The position numbers and the translations under genes are program-made. Shown here piece by piece: positions 1 through 9,549 of a stretch of 64,000 nt of DNA. The notes under the pieces were generated by a model. The model searched no databases. It saw only the letters and a program-made list of their open reading frames with translations, and was not told the DNA's origin. Each line of letters starts with the position of its first letter. Within the stretch, counting starts at the first letter, position 1. Source of the DNA: an uncultured virus (IMG/VR IMGVR_UViG_3300046519_000252) (lineage: Duplodnaviria; Heunggongvirae; Uroviricota; Caudoviricetes); IMG/VR virus record IMGVR_UViG_3300046519_000252. One strand, given 5' to 3'.

Positions 1-234
1 GAAACTCCAGCGGACGCACGAAAGGTCAGGTGATTGCCCCTCATGACGGACAGCATCAAGATCAAGCAGCCCGATATGACGGAAACGTCCTGACCTGAGG
101 CGGTGATCACATCTCCCTGGTGGCCGGTCTGAGATGACCGGCCACCTCGGAGAAGGGATCGACCCCATGGCCCCGGCGGGTCGAGCAAACAGCCCCCTGC
201 CGGGGCTTCCGCACATCGACAGGAGGAAACCACT

Positions 235-330
235 GTGAGAGTCCTCGGAGTGGTCGTGAACTTCCGGGTGATAGCCGTGGCTGTCCTCTGCCTCTGGGGC
301 GCCGTGCGCGCTCTCCGGGACAGCCGATGA
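235..330 (+). CDS. small hydrophobic protein (31 aa)
   Basis: GTG after AGGAGG; MRVLGVVVNFRVIAVAVLCLWGAVRALRDSR; stop overlaps the helicase ATG (ATGA). Confidence 0.5.
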   Translation: MRVLGVVVNFRVIAVAVLCLWGAVRALRDSR

Positions 331-1904
331 CCGCCGTACTTGAAGCGCCCGTCAAGCCGCCTCTACGGCCGTATCAGGCGGCAGGGGTGGAGTTCCTCAA
401 GGAACATAACCGAGCGTATTTGGCCGATGACCCGGGGCTCGGGAAGTCGAGACAACTCCTGGAAGCCTCCGTGGGCCGGACACTCATCCTCGCCCCCGCG
501 ATGATCCTGGACTCCGGTACCTGGCGGAACGAGGTCAACCGGTGGGCGGACGACCCCGGCCGGTTCACGTACGTCCCCTACACGTCACTGTGCCACCGGG
601 AAACCACACCCGGAGAGTTCCTGTACGAGCGGATCGACGAACCCGACCAGAGGCTCTTCGGTGCCCGGGACAACAACCCCCCTGCACTCATCACCGACGA
701 AGACGTACTGGACGAAAACGGCAAACTGCTACTCGGTTTCATCCCCGTGCTCGACAAGAAGGGGAACCACAAGCGGCGCCCCTCCCGGTCCAAGGTCATC
801 CCGATACCCCGTCCCGAGTACGACCAGCACTGGGACACGATCATCTGCGACGAAGCCCAGTTGCTCAAAGGCCGCAAAACCACCTGGGTCGACGCGCTCA
901 AGATCCTCTCGAAGAAGGCAGACCGGCTGTGGCTGGCCTCCGGTACCCCGATCTCCAACTACGCCCCCGAGCTGTTCGCCCCGCTCCAGCTGATCCACCC
1001 GGAGCTGATCGGCAACGGCCAGAAATTCGGCTCCTACTGGCGATGGGTCGGGCAGTGGTTCCACGTCAACGAGTCCCAGTTCGACAAGCACGCCAAGGAC
1101 GTCGGGGACCTCCTGCACTGCTACCCGGAATGCCTTGTGCGCCCGCCGTGGGACCCGTGCGAGCACTACGAGAGATTCTTCAAGCAGAACCTCGGGGACC
1201 GGTACATCCAGCGCCTGCGGGACGACGTGCTGCCGGACCTGCCTCCGCTGGAGATGCAGACCGTGCTGACGCCGATGACCAAACGGCAGGGCGTCGAGTA
1301 CCGCAAGATGAAGAAGGACTCTCTGGCCTACGCCCTGGACGGCCAGATGATGGTCGCCTGGTCCAAGGGAGCGGCTCACGTGAAGCTGGACAAGATGGCG
1401 ACCGGTCTAGGCCTTTTCACCGGGGGCATAGAGGAGTCTGGGAAGCTGGACCAGCTGCGATTCGACCTTGCGGAGCGGGTGTACCCCACGCTGGTGGTCG
1501 CGCACTACCAGGACACCGTGTCCGCGTGCGCTGAGGTGGCCCGGTTGCTTGGTAAGAAGGTCGAGCAGATCGACGGCCGTACCAGCAAGGGAGACAGGCT
1601 GAAGTTTGTGACGGACTTCCAGGCTGGCAAGCTGGATGTGCTGGTGGGATCTCTGGAGACGATCTCGGAGGGTCTGACGCTCACGGCCGCTGATCTTGTG
1701 ATCTTCGTCGAGCACTCGTGGAAGCCTTCCAGGAATCAGCAGGCTCTCCGGCGGGTGCACCGGCTGGGGCAGACCCGCCCGGTTACGGCGTACGACTACG
1801 TGACCCCGAAGAGCGTGGACGAGGGCAAGCGGGAGCTGCTGGCTACGAAGCAGGACAGGGCGATGCGTACGCTGACCTGGGGTGTTGTCAAGGCTCTCCT
1901 GTAA
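327..1904 (+). CDS. SNF2-family (SF2) DNA helicase
   Basis: LRPYQ Q-motif, LADDPGLGKS Walker A, IICDEAQ Walker B, SGTP motif III, EGLTLTAAD and QALRRVHRLGQ helicase-C motifs. Confidence 0.92.
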   Translation: MTAVLEAPVKPPLRPYQAAGVEFLKEHNRAYLADDPGLGKSRQLLEASVGRTLILAPAMILDSGTWRNEVNRWADDPGRFTYVPYTSLCHRETTPGEFLYERIDEPDQRLFGARDNNPPALITDEDVLDENGKLLLGFIPVLDKKGNHKRRPSRSKVIPIPRPEYDQHWDTIICDEAQLLKGRKTTWVDALKILSKKADRLWLASGTPISNYAPELFAPLQLIHPELIGNGQKFGSYWRWVGQWFHVNESQFDKHAKDVGDLLHCYPECLVRPPWDPCEHYERFFKQNLGDRYIQRLRDDVLPDLPPLEMQTVLTPMTKRQGVEYRKMKKDSLAYALDGQMMVAWSKGAAHVKLDKMATGLGLFTGGIEESGKLDQLRFDLAERVYPTLVVAHYQDTVSACAEVARLLGKKVEQIDGRTSKGDRLKFVTDFQAGKLDVLVGSLETISEGLTLTAADLVIFVEHSWKPSRNQQALRRVHRLGQTRPVTAYDYVTPKSVDEGKRELLATKQDRAMRTLTWGVVKALL

Positions 1905-1953
1905 GTGTTAGGGTAGATACATACCCGAGAGACACCAAACCAAGGAGACTCCC
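1885..1953 (+). promoter_or_regulatory. repeated box promoter (TTGTCA-18-TAGGGT-AGATAC) plus ACACC..AGGAGAC leader
   Basis: first of about 45 copies of the TGyTAGGGTAGAT box; resembles an actinobacterial housekeeping-sigma promoter with TG extension. Confidence 0.7.
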
Positions 1954-2163
1954 ATGGCCGACAGGATCCTGTACGTCGTAGCCACCTCCCGCGAGAAGGC
2001 AGAGCAGCAGTTGCTTGGTCTGGCGCCCGTGCAGTACGGCCTCACGGACCGGGCGGACGCGGACGACATTGCCCGCACCTTGAACGGTAAGAACTTGAAG
2101 GTGTACGCGGGCACGTACCAGGTTTTCCCGGCCAAGGTCACCGTCGAAATGCTGGAGGACTGA
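1954..2163 (+). CDS. hypothetical protein
   Basis: AAGGAG RBS, follows box promoter. Confidence 0.75.
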   Translation: MADRILYVVATSREKAEQQLLGLAPVQYGLTDRADADDIARTLNGKNLKVYAGTYQVFPAKVTVEMLED

Positions 2164-2166
2164 GCA

Positions 2167-2793
2167 GTGCCGAGCATCACCCCCAAGGCCGCACCCGTCA
2201 GCGCGGTGCGGCCCACCCCAGTCGTCTACCCGAGGGTCACCGAAGACGACGCCGTGATCATGGGTTTCGACCCGGGCGGCAAGGAAGGTGACGACAAGGG
2301 CGGGCACGTCGGGATTGCCCTGGCCTGCCGGTCCTACACCGCAGACCCTGAGGTCCCCGGGGGCTGGTCCCTTCAGTCGCCCGGCTGGAGGGTCTACGAC
2401 ACCTTCGAAATGTCCCCGGACGAGTTCATCCGGTGGTTCGCCACCAATACGTCCGCGATCGACCTGATTTTCGGTGAGATGTTCCGGCTGGACAAGGAAC
2501 GCGCCTACACGCTGATCGGGTCCAGCATGCCGACGTCACAGCTCATCGGCTGGGTCCGCATGCACTGCATGCTCTACGCCACGAACATCCAGGTGAACTG
2601 GCAGTCGAACATGGTCCTGAAAGGCCCGACTGCGGCGATCCTGCGGGAAAAGGGGATCCGGCCGGTGTCCCCGGCGGGCAAGAACACTGCCCGGTTCAGC
2701 ACGGGGGACCACCAGCGAAGCGCTGAACTCCACCTCTGGCACGGTCTGATGCGCGCTGGGCTTGTCGAAGGAATTAGCTCTGACATAGGGTAG
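2167..2793 (+). CDS. RuvC-like Holliday junction resolvase
   Basis: IMGFDPGG N-terminal motif, LIFGEMF acidic residue, C-terminal DHQRSA helix; start may be further downstream. Confidence 0.7.
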   Translation: MPSITPKAAPVSAVRPTPVVYPRVTEDDAVIMGFDPGGKEGDDKGGHVGIALACRSYTADPEVPGGWSLQSPGWRVYDTFEMSPDEFIRWFATNTSAIDLIFGEMFRLDKERAYTLIGSSMPTSQLIGWVRMHCMLYATNIQVNWQSNMVLKGPTAAILREKGIRPVSPAGKNTARFSTGDHQRSAELHLWHGLMRAGLVEGISSDIG

Positions 2794-2838
2794 ATAAGAC
2801 CACCGCGACGCCGCGCCCCCATACTCAGGAGACATCTT

Positions 2839-3102
2839 ATGACGACAGCCCCTAGCGAAGAGAGTGTTTGGCACGAAAAGCGCAGTCGCCAACACCATCT
2901 GTACCCCGGACAGCGCCAGGCTCTTCAGCTCTACGCCCGGGGATTGAAGTACAGCGAGATCGCGGAAGAAATGGGCCTCGCCATCGGCACGGCTCGTTCC
3001 TACGTCGGAGCGGCGGTCACGGTGCTGGGGGCCGACAATCCGACGCACGCTGTCGAGCTGGCCATCGAGCGCGGCGAGATCGAACCAGCCGACAACAGCT
3101 GA
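2839..3102 (+). CDS. LuxR-type HTH DNA-binding protein
   Basis: LYARGLKYSEIAEEMGLAIGTARSYV..LGADNPTHAVELAIERG. Confidence 0.85.
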   Translation: MTTAPSEESVWHEKRSRQHHLYPGQRQALQLYARGLKYSEIAEEMGLAIGTARSYVGAAVTVLGADNPTHAVELAIERGEIEPADNS

Positions 3103-3119
3103 TCTGAACAACTTCCGCG

Positions 3120-3154
3120 AGGGAGGCACCGGATGATCCGGTGCCTCCCTTTTT
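3120..3154 (+). terminator. intrinsic terminator
   Basis: AGGGAGGCACCGGA-TGA-TCCGGTGCCTCCCT followed by a T run. Confidence 0.8.
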
Positions 3155-3322
3155 GTGTTTCCTGATGTAGCCCTGTTCGCAGGACTTGTTGCAGGGCTAT
3201 TTGCGGGTACACTTCTGAGCATCCCCGGAAAATAGCCGTCCAGCGGTGTCACCGGGTACTAGTAGCCACTCCTGGCGTTGCTAGGATAGAACTCTCTTCC
3301 CCGCTGCTTCGGAGACCCCTCC

Positions 3323-4315
3323 ATGACCACACCCCTGCCGCATTTGAAGGTCAGCTACACCGGGCTCACCACCGGTCGTGACTGTCCGCTCAAGCACGCG
3401 TGGCATTACAGGCTCGGGTACCGGGCCATCGACTCCGACAAGAAGCTGCAACTCGGCTCCGCCTGGCACGAATGCGTCCTGGAGAACCACTACCGGACGA
3501 TCAAGGACTACCAGGACTTCACCGACACCGGCCGCTCCCCGATGCGGGGAACCACCGACGAGGAAAGCCTCCTGTCCGTCGCCCGGGACAGCGTGCACGC
3601 CCACCTCAACGCCGCCCTCAAGGGCGAACAGTTCAGCAACCTCGCACCCGACGACTACGACACGCTCAAGTGGATGTACGACGGCTACGTCCGGCACTAC
3701 GGCTGCGACCCCCAGTGGCGCATCCACGACGTGGAATACAAGGGACTCGCCCCCCTCGGCACCATCACCACCCCAGCCGGAGACCGTCCCGTCGTCCTCG
3801 ACTTCCGGATCGACCTCGTGGTGGAAGACCTCGAACTGGGCGGCATCTTCGCAGTCGAATCCAAGTCGGCCGCCTCCCTGTCGACCCGGTTCGCGATGGA
3901 ACTGGACGACCAGACCGGCCTGTACGAGTGGGCCTTCCGCGTCAGCGACCACCCCATGGCCGGAGCAATCAACGGATGCGTCCGCTCCGAGGCCAAGAAG
4001 AAGATGAACGCCGGAGACGTCCCCGGGGCCACCAAGGGCAAGGCCCAGACCCTTGAGCAGCGTCACCAGCGCATCATGATCCCCCGGTCTGACATCGAGC
4101 TGGACGCCATCCGCCGTGACGCGCTGGCCACCACACAGGCGATGTTCGGCGGCAACCTCCCGGTCTACAGCGGCCCCAACCCGGGCCAATGTCAGTGGAA
4201 GTGCGCGTTCAAGGAAGTCCACATCCAGGCCCGGAAGGGCCAGTCCGTACCGCAGCTGATGAAGGACTTCGGCTTCAAGCAGGTACCCACCGAGTTCAAC
4301 GGCCTTTCGGCCTGA
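3323..4315 (+). CDS. PD-(D/E)XK (RecB/Cas4-like) exonuclease
   Basis: SYT..CPLK, GSAWHECVLE, FRIDLVV..AVESKS, C-terminal CQWKCAF. Confidence 0.8.
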   Translation: MTTPLPHLKVSYTGLTTGRDCPLKHAWHYRLGYRAIDSDKKLQLGSAWHECVLENHYRTIKDYQDFTDTGRSPMRGTTDEESLLSVARDSVHAHLNAALKGEQFSNLAPDDYDTLKWMYDGYVRHYGCDPQWRIHDVEYKGLAPLGTITTPAGDRPVVLDFRIDLVVEDLELGGIFAVESKSAASLSTRFAMELDDQTGLYEWAFRVSDHPMAGAINGCVRSEAKKKMNAGDVPGATKGKAQTLEQRHQRIMIPRSDIELDAIRRDALATTQAMFGGNLPVYSGPNPGQCQWKCAFKEVHIQARKGQSVPQLMKDFGFKQVPTEFNGLSA

Positions 4316-4330
4316 CGAGAGGAGACTCCC

Positions 4331-4543
4331 ATGCCCGCACACAGGGGTTCAGCCCACCACCTAGCCGTGCTCACCGAAGACGTGGTACGTGAGGCCCGCC
4401 GGAAGTACCGGCTCGGTGGCATCTCCGCCCGGGAACTCGCCGAACGCTACGGCGTGACCTCCGGAGCCATGCGCAGGGCCATCAACGGGGTCACCTGGGC
4501 CCACATCACAACGGCCCCCCTGGATGACCGCGATGCCGCGTGA
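4331..4543 (+). CDS. stand-alone HTH of the HNH-endonuclease C-terminal DNA-binding type
   Basis: RGSAHHLAVLTEDVVREAR..LAERYGVT..AINGVTW; paralogous to 26590..27006. Confidence 0.75.
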   Translation: MPAHRGSAHHLAVLTEDVVREARRKYRLGGISARELAERYGVTSGAMRRAINGVTWAHITTAPLDDRDAA

Positions 4544-4670
4544 CCTGATTCCCGTCCGCTGCCACAACTGCGGTGTCCCAGGGACCGTCACCCGCACCCT
4601 CTGGCAGCGCGTCATGAAGCGCATGGCCTGCGGAAACTGCCGCAAAACCACCACCTGGAATGAGAGATGA
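4533..4670 (+). CDS. small CxxC..CxxC zinc-finger protein (45 aa)
   Basis: MPRDLIPVRCHNCG..MACGNCRK; overlaps both neighbours, ATGA coupling at 4667. Confidence 0.6.
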   Translation: MPRDLIPVRCHNCGVPGTVTRTLWQRVMKRMACGNCRKTTTWNER

Positions 4671-5197
4671 CCCCCATAGGCAAGACCACCGTCGTCCTGA
4701 TCGCCGGAGCCCGCTGGCACCCCAACCCGGAGATCGCCACCACCGCTCTCGCCCGCTACGTCCTGAACGAGGCCCCCGGATGGGTCATCGTCCGGCACGG
4801 AGCCTGCCCCGGAAACCAGTCCATCGACCAGGCGGTATCCGAGTGGATACGCGACTGCGGAGAAGCCCTCGGTGTCCTCGAAGACCCGATGCCCGCCGAC
4901 TGGGACAGCTGCGGCCCCGGCTGCCCGCCCTACGGGATCATCGGCCACCGCATTTTCAAGAGGCCTGGCGACGTGGCCCACCCCGGAAAGCTGGCCACCT
5001 ACTGCCCGCAGGCAGGTGTCCGCCGCAACATCGCGATGACCCGCAAGAACCCCCGGGCGGACCGGGCGATCGCTGCCCCGTACGGCCAGTCGTTCGGCAC
5101 CCGCAACTGCATCGGTCTGGCCCATGCCGCCAGCATCCCCACCACGGTTCTCGGTGACCGGTCCGCTCCCGCTGTTCTGATGGAGGCCCTGTTCTGA
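4667..5197 (+). CDS. SLOG-superfamily (YspA/DUF2493-like) protein
   Basis: VLIAGAR, VRHGACPG, PADWD, AGVRRNIAM, SFGTRNCI. Confidence 0.75.
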   Translation: MTPIGKTTVVLIAGARWHPNPEIATTALARYVLNEAPGWVIVRHGACPGNQSIDQAVSEWIRDCGEALGVLEDPMPADWDSCGPGCPPYGIIGHRIFKRPGDVAHPGKLATYCPQAGVRRNIAMTRKNPRADRAIAAPYGQSFGTRNCIGLAHAASIPTTVLGDRSAPAVLMEALF

Positions 5198-5913
5198 TGA
5201 CTGCTGATCTCACCTTCAGCTCCAAGATCGACGTGAAGCTGATCCAGTTCACCGGAGACGACACCGGTATCTGCAACGCGGCCCGCGTCTCCACCCTCGG
5301 AGACTTGGCCGAGGGCGCCGGGTGCCCCACCAAGAACGCCGGACTGATCAACTACCTGATGCGGGACCGCCACGGCAGTCCCTTCGAACACGGCTCCATG
5401 ACGTTCTTCGTCAAGGCCCCGATCTTCGTCTTCCGCGAGTTCATGCGTCACCGTGTCGGCTGGTCCTACAACGAGGAGAGCGGACGCTACAAGCAGCTTG
5501 ACCCGGAGTTCTACTACCCCGCCCCCGGCCGGAACCTTGTACAGACCGGTAAGCCCGGCGCATACACGTTCGAACCCGGCGACGCCGAACAGTACGGGAC
5601 CGTGCGGACCTACCTTCAGGACACCGCACAGGACGCGTACAAGGCCTACGAGTACATGCTCAAGTGCGGCATAGCGCGCGAGGTGGCCCGGATGTGCCTG
5701 CCGGTGAACATCTACAGCTCCGCCTACGTCACCTGCAACCCGCGCTCCCTCATGCACTTCCTGGGCCTGCGCACCCACCGCCCTGATGCCGCATTCGTGA
5801 GCAACCCCCAGCGGGAGATCGAGCTTGCGGCCGAGCAGATGGAAGAGATCTTCAAGGGCCTGTTCCCCGCCACCTGGAAGGCTTTCGAGCAGAACGGACG
5901 CGTGGCTCCCTAA
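5197..5913 (+). CDS. thyX: FAD-dependent thymidylate synthase
   Basis: AARVS, HGSPFEH, REFMRHR..SYNEESGRY, EVARMCLP. Confidence 0.95.
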   Translation: MTADLTFSSKIDVKLIQFTGDDTGICNAARVSTLGDLAEGAGCPTKNAGLINYLMRDRHGSPFEHGSMTFFVKAPIFVFREFMRHRVGWSYNEESGRYKQLDPEFYYPAPGRNLVQTGKPGAYTFEPGDAEQYGTVRTYLQDTAQDAYKAYEYMLKCGIAREVARMCLPVNIYSSAYVTCNPRSLMHFLGLRTHRPDAAFVSNPQREIELAAEQMEEIFKGLFPATWKAFEQNGRVAP

Positions 5914-6356
5914 TGGAACGTTTGATCAAGCACACGCAGCACGTTGCCCAACACCCGTGGCCGGAGGATGTGTATCTCCAGGGCGGGGGCCACGGACTGG
6001 TGTTCTCCAACGACGGCAACGACTACATCACCGCGTTCGTAGAGGCCTTCCCCGGTCAGACCTTCTTGCGGGGCGAGGGTAAGACCGTTGCCGAAGCCGA
6101 AGACTCCGCCTGGAAGCAGTATCTGCGGTATCGCAACTGCGACGGCAACCTCAAGTTCGGTGAGTGGCACGGTCCGTACGAGCGCCGTCAGTACCGCAAC
6201 GGCGCCGGATTCTGCACCCGCTGCGGAATCTGGATGAACAAGGTCTTCGAGCCCCTCCCCGAGGACCCCAACCGGAAGCCCAGCCGCCTGGAGAAGTTTT
6301 TGCAGGCGGTAGTCAAGGGCGACAACGAGATTCAGCCTGAGGAGCCGGGACAGTGA
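5913..6356 (+). CDS. hypothetical phage protein
   Basis: TAATG coupling; CTRC motif. Confidence 0.75.
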   Translation: MERLIKHTQHVAQHPWPEDVYLQGGGHGLVFSNDGNDYITAFVEAFPGQTFLRGEGKTVAEAEDSAWKQYLRYRNCDGNLKFGEWHGPYERRQYRNGAGFCTRCGIWMNKVFEPLPEDPNRKPSRLEKFLQAVVKGDNEIQPEEPGQ

Positions 6357-6631
6357 CAGATCAGATGCCCCGCGCCGTCACCCCAGGGGAGCTTTCCGCG
6401 ATCCTCCGCAGTGACGATGACGGACCGGACGCCCTGTACCCCTGCCGCATCGGCGTTTTCTGCGACGCGTGCCACGCCGTGGAAGAACGGGACTTCCTGG
6501 TCAACGACCGGACCAGCAAGCCGGAACGCCTGGAACTGATCCGGGCATTCGCTTGCACTCTGGGCTGGTCCATCAACGCCTATGGGGACTGGTGCCCCCC
6601 GTGCGTGGCGGCCGGGAAGGCGGAGGGGTGA
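6353..6631 (+). CDS. hypothetical zinc-binding protein
   Basis: GTGA coupling; CDAC..CPPC. Confidence 0.7.
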   Translation: MTDQMPRAVTPGELSAILRSDDDGPDALYPCRIGVFCDACHAVEERDFLVNDRTSKPERLELIRAFACTLGWSINAYGDWCPPCVAAGKAEG

Positions 6632-6867
6632 ACGCGTACTGGAGCTACCTCCTGACCGCTGTGGGACTCCTCGGGCTGTGGCTGGCCGGTCGGAAGAGTT
6701 CAGGCGGCTGGGCCGTCGGGATCGGCGCACAGGCCCTTTGGATCGTCTACGCGGTTGCCACCCAGCAGTGGGGTTTTATCGTCTCTGCCTTGCTGTACGG
6801 GTTCGTCTACTGCCGCAACTTCATCACCTGGCGCAAGACCGAACTGGAGCAGGAGACCACGGCGTGA
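6628..6867 (+). CDS. PnuC-like small membrane protein
   Basis: GTG start; WSYLLTAVGLLGLWLAGRK..GWAVGIGAQALWIVYA..NFITW, about 3 TM helices. Confidence 0.7.
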   Translation: MNAYWSYLLTAVGLLGLWLAGRKSSGGWAVGIGAQALWIVYAVATQQWGFIVSALLYGFVYCRNFITWRKTELEQETTA

Positions 6868-7229
6868 CTGAGTTCGTCACCAAGGACAGCGGGAAGCGGG
6901 AGCAGTACGTCACGGGCATGCAGCGGGACACTCAGGAGGGGAAGGCCCGGTTCGACCTGATGTTCCCAATGGGAGTGCCCTACGAGGAGCAGTTCCTCAC
7001 CCGCTTCGCCCAGCTGCTGGCCCGAGGAGCAACGAAGTACACGGAGCGAAACTGGGAGAAAGCGGCAACTCAGGAGGAGTTGGACCGCTTCCGAGCGTCC
7101 GCCGCACGGCACCTCACCCAGTGGATGGCTGGTGACCAGGATGAAGATCATGCGGCTGCGGTCGTGTTCAACCTGCTGGCCTACGAGACCACGTTCTACA
7201 AGGTGAACCAGGTCGAAACAACGGAATGA
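6864..7229 (+). CDS. dATP/dGTP diphosphohydrolase-like (DUF5664-type) protein
   Basis: KDSGKR..GMQRD..GKARFDL..GATKY..RNWEK..RHL..EDHAAAVVFN. Confidence 0.8.
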   Translation: MTEFVTKDSGKREQYVTGMQRDTQEGKARFDLMFPMGVPYEEQFLTRFAQLLARGATKYTERNWEKAATQEELDRFRASAARHLTQWMAGDQDEDHAAAVVFNLLAYETTFYKVNQVETTE

Positions 7230-7316
7230 TCCATGCAGGGGGTTGCTGTCAGCGGCCCCCTGTAGTCTGATTACTCCTGCTGCAACGAAGCCTGTTCAGC
7301 GACTTGAGCACTGAAC

Positions 7317-7345
7317 TTGACACTCGAAAACGATGTGTCTACCTT
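7317..7345 (+). promoter_or_regulatory. consensus-like promoter TTGACA-17-TACCTT
   Basis: upstream of the ATPase/SSB pair. Confidence 0.55.
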
Positions 7346-7410
7346 AGTACTCAGCGATCCGGCGCCAACCCGGAAGTGACACGTCAACCCGTACAAGAAA
7401 AGAGAAGTGC

Positions 7411-8433
7411 GTGCCTCGCGTAGATGGAAAGCCCGTTCCTCCGGGCACTCCTACCACACCCGCCCTCAGCGCCGTGCCCCCCGTGGACAGCGGCCCGTTC
7501 GATCCGATGGAAATGCTCGGACTCGTACCGCTGGAAGAAGCCGCCGAACACACCAACGCGATGTTCTTCGGAGACGCCGGTACCGGCAAGACGTCATGCA
7601 TGGCGTTCCTCGCCAACCTCCCCGGCGACGGCATCACCGTCATCGTCAACGCAGAGGGCGGCCTGAAGAAGGACGCGCTGAAGCGGCTGGGGGTCGACAC
7701 CGCCAAGGTAGTGCTCTTCCCCGACCGCAGCAAGGGCGAGGAAATCTCTTACAACTCCCTGGAGACCCTGCTCTACCGCCTGCGTAACGCCCTCCAGAGG
7801 TCGCCGGGCTGCATCAAGGGCGTCGGCTTCGACTCGTCCACCGACCTGTGCGCAAGCCTCCTTCAGGACATCACGGCCTACGCCTACGAGAAGGACCAGA
7901 ACCTTCCGCAGATCCAGAAGGACAAGCGGATGGCCGAGGGCAAGCAGCTCCGCGAGAGCGTCCACGCGACGCAGCTCCAGGACTACGCCCTTCTGACCAA
8001 CCAGATGCGCACCCTGATGCGCGGATTCCGGGATCTGGGCTGCCACTTCGTCGTTACCGCCCTGGAAAAGGACGACGCGCTCAACGACATGGGCACCAAG
8101 GCCACCGGCCCCGAACTGCCCGGCAAGACGTCCGCCTCCCTGCGCGGTTACGTCGACCTTGTGCTCCGCTTCACCGCCGAGACCCTCAAGACCGGCCCCG
8201 GACAGCAGGAGACGCTGGTCGTCGCCGAGACCAAGGCCTCCCTGACGAAGCTGTGCAAGGACCGCGACGGCGTCCTCCCCTTCGATCTGGTCAACCCGAC
8301 GTTCGACCGGGTTCACAAGTACGTCAAGGGCGAGCTGACCGAAGCGAACGACCCGGAAATCGAGCGTTACCGGCAGGTCCGGGCCAAGGCCGAGGCTTTC
8401 CGCATGGCCCGCAAGCAGCGCCCCGCAGCCTGA
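7411..8433 (+). CDS. AAA_24/Sak4-like P-loop ATPase (recombination)
   Basis: FFGDAGTGKT, NAEGG, GFDSSTD, HFVVTALEK, GYVDLV, CKDRDG. Confidence 0.8.
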   Translation: MPRVDGKPVPPGTPTTPALSAVPPVDSGPFDPMEMLGLVPLEEAAEHTNAMFFGDAGTGKTSCMAFLANLPGDGITVIVNAEGGLKKDALKRLGVDTAKVVLFPDRSKGEEISYNSLETLLYRLRNALQRSPGCIKGVGFDSSTDLCASLLQDITAYAYEKDQNLPQIQKDKRMAEGKQLRESVHATQLQDYALLTNQMRTLMRGFRDLGCHFVVTALEKDDALNDMGTKATGPELPGKTSASLRGYVDLVLRFTAETLKTGPGQQETLVVAETKASLTKLCKDRDGVLPFDLVNPTFDRVHKYVKGELTEANDPEIERYRQVRAKAEAFRMARKQRPAA

Positions 8434-8476
8434 TACACCTGAACCGCCAGCACTCACACGCGAGGATAAAAGAGAC

Positions 8477-9133
8477 ATGCCGAAGCTGAACCCGAACCAG
8501 GTCGCCGCCGCCCAGGCCCAGGGCTACGAGGAGAAGTCCGAGGAGCTGAAGCCGCTGCCGATCGCCGACGGCAAGCCGTACGTGTACAAGCTCGTCGGTT
8601 GCACGTCCGGCCCGGCGAAGAGCAACCCGTCCAAGATCCAGTGGACCTGGGAGATGACGCTCGACGGGCTTTACCACCCGGAGTTCGTCGGCAAGGGCTA
8701 CCTGGAGCGGATCTGGCACTACACCCCCGTGGACGGCGGGCAGGAGTGGGCCATCGCCAAGATGCTGCACGCGTTCGGCTACAGCCCGGACACCGACACG
8801 GACGAACTGATCAACGATGAGGCGACCGTCCTGGCGTTCCTCACGCTGGACTCGTACGGCACCCCGCCGAAGGTCACGATGAAGGCCCGCCGGTTCGCCT
8901 ACCACGATGAGACGGAGTTCCCGCCCGCGCAGGGTACCGAACCGCCGTTCGGCGGCGCCGACGACCCGAACGTCCCGGCTCAGGCCTACGCGTCCGTGGC
9001 GGCTGCTCAGCAGGCCCCGAGTGCTGTCGCTGTGACGGCTCCTGCGGATGACCCTTGGGCGAAGGCCCCGGAGACCCCGGCTGCGGCTTCTGTCCCGCCG
9101 CAGGCTCAGGCGGACGAGAACGACACGTTCTAG
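8477..9133 (+). CDS. SSB-like (DUF669-type) protein
   Basis: follows Sak4-like ATPase; beta-rich core, Ala/Pro linker, acidic tail ending DENDTF. Confidence 0.6.
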   Translation: MPKLNPNQVAAAQAQGYEEKSEELKPLPIADGKPYVYKLVGCTSGPAKSNPSKIQWTWEMTLDGLYHPEFVGKGYLERIWHYTPVDGGQEWAIAKMLHAFGYSPDTDTDELINDEATVLAFLTLDSYGTPPKVTMKARRFAYHDETEFPPAQGTEPPFGGADDPNVPAQAYASVAAAQQAPSAVAVTAPADDPWAKAPETPAAASVPPQAQADENDTF

Positions 9134-9152
9134 TCCAGGGGTGAGGTAGTGA

Positions 9153-9185
9153 TTCGACCCCCTGCGTGCCTCGCAGGGGGTCGAA
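9153..9185 (+). terminator. hairpin terminator
   Basis: TTCGACCCCCTGCG-TGCCT-CGCAGGGGGTCGAA. Confidence 0.6.
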
Positions 9186-9264
9186 CTCATGCCCGGGTGA
9201 GAGCCCTAGTATGTGCTAGACTGTCACTATTGTGAACAGTACACATATCGACAAGGAGCCTCTC

Positions 9265-9549
9265 ATGGAAGAGCCAACCCGGCAGCGCGGAGCGTCCCCC
9301 TCCAAGGCAGCCCGCACACCCGAAGAGGCCATGGCAATCGCCCGCAAGAGGCCCGGCTACAAGGTGCTTGCCTCGCAAGGCCACCAGAAGTTCGGGGCCC
9401 GGGTCAAAGCCAACGACATCCGCTCTGGCAAGCGAGGACCCTGGAAGCAGTACTTCGGAGAAGTCCGCACGTCGGCGATGAAGCAGCCCGACGGAACGTA
9501 CAACGTGTACGTATATGTCGAGCCCGAGACCGCCCCTCTCGACGACTAG
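9265..9549 (+). CDS. hypothetical protein
   Basis: AAGGAG RBS before ATG 9265. Confidence 0.7.
   Translation: MEEPTRQRGASPSKAARTPEEAMAIARKRPGYKVLASQGHQKFGARVKANDIRSGKRGPWKQYFGEVRTSAMKQPDGTYNVYVYVEPETAPLDD

Noticed and set aside
590..830. Intein in the SNF2 helicase (insert beginning near Cys-His)
   Set aside because: The roughly 70-aa insert has no terminal His-Asn followed by Cys/Ser/Thr and is too short. Treated as a loop insertion.
3323..4315. CRISPR-associated Cas4
   Set aside because: Stand-alone PD-(D/E)XK exonuclease in a phage recombination context, with no other cas genes.
6864..7229. Evidence of a Z-base or 7-deazaguanine genome
   Set aside because: No PurZ, Que or DpdA-like gene was recognised in the window. 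The hydrolase alone is insufficient.
9150..9190. tRNA suggested by TTCGA
   Set aside because: A simple perfect hairpin after a stop codon with no cloverleaf. Called a terminator.
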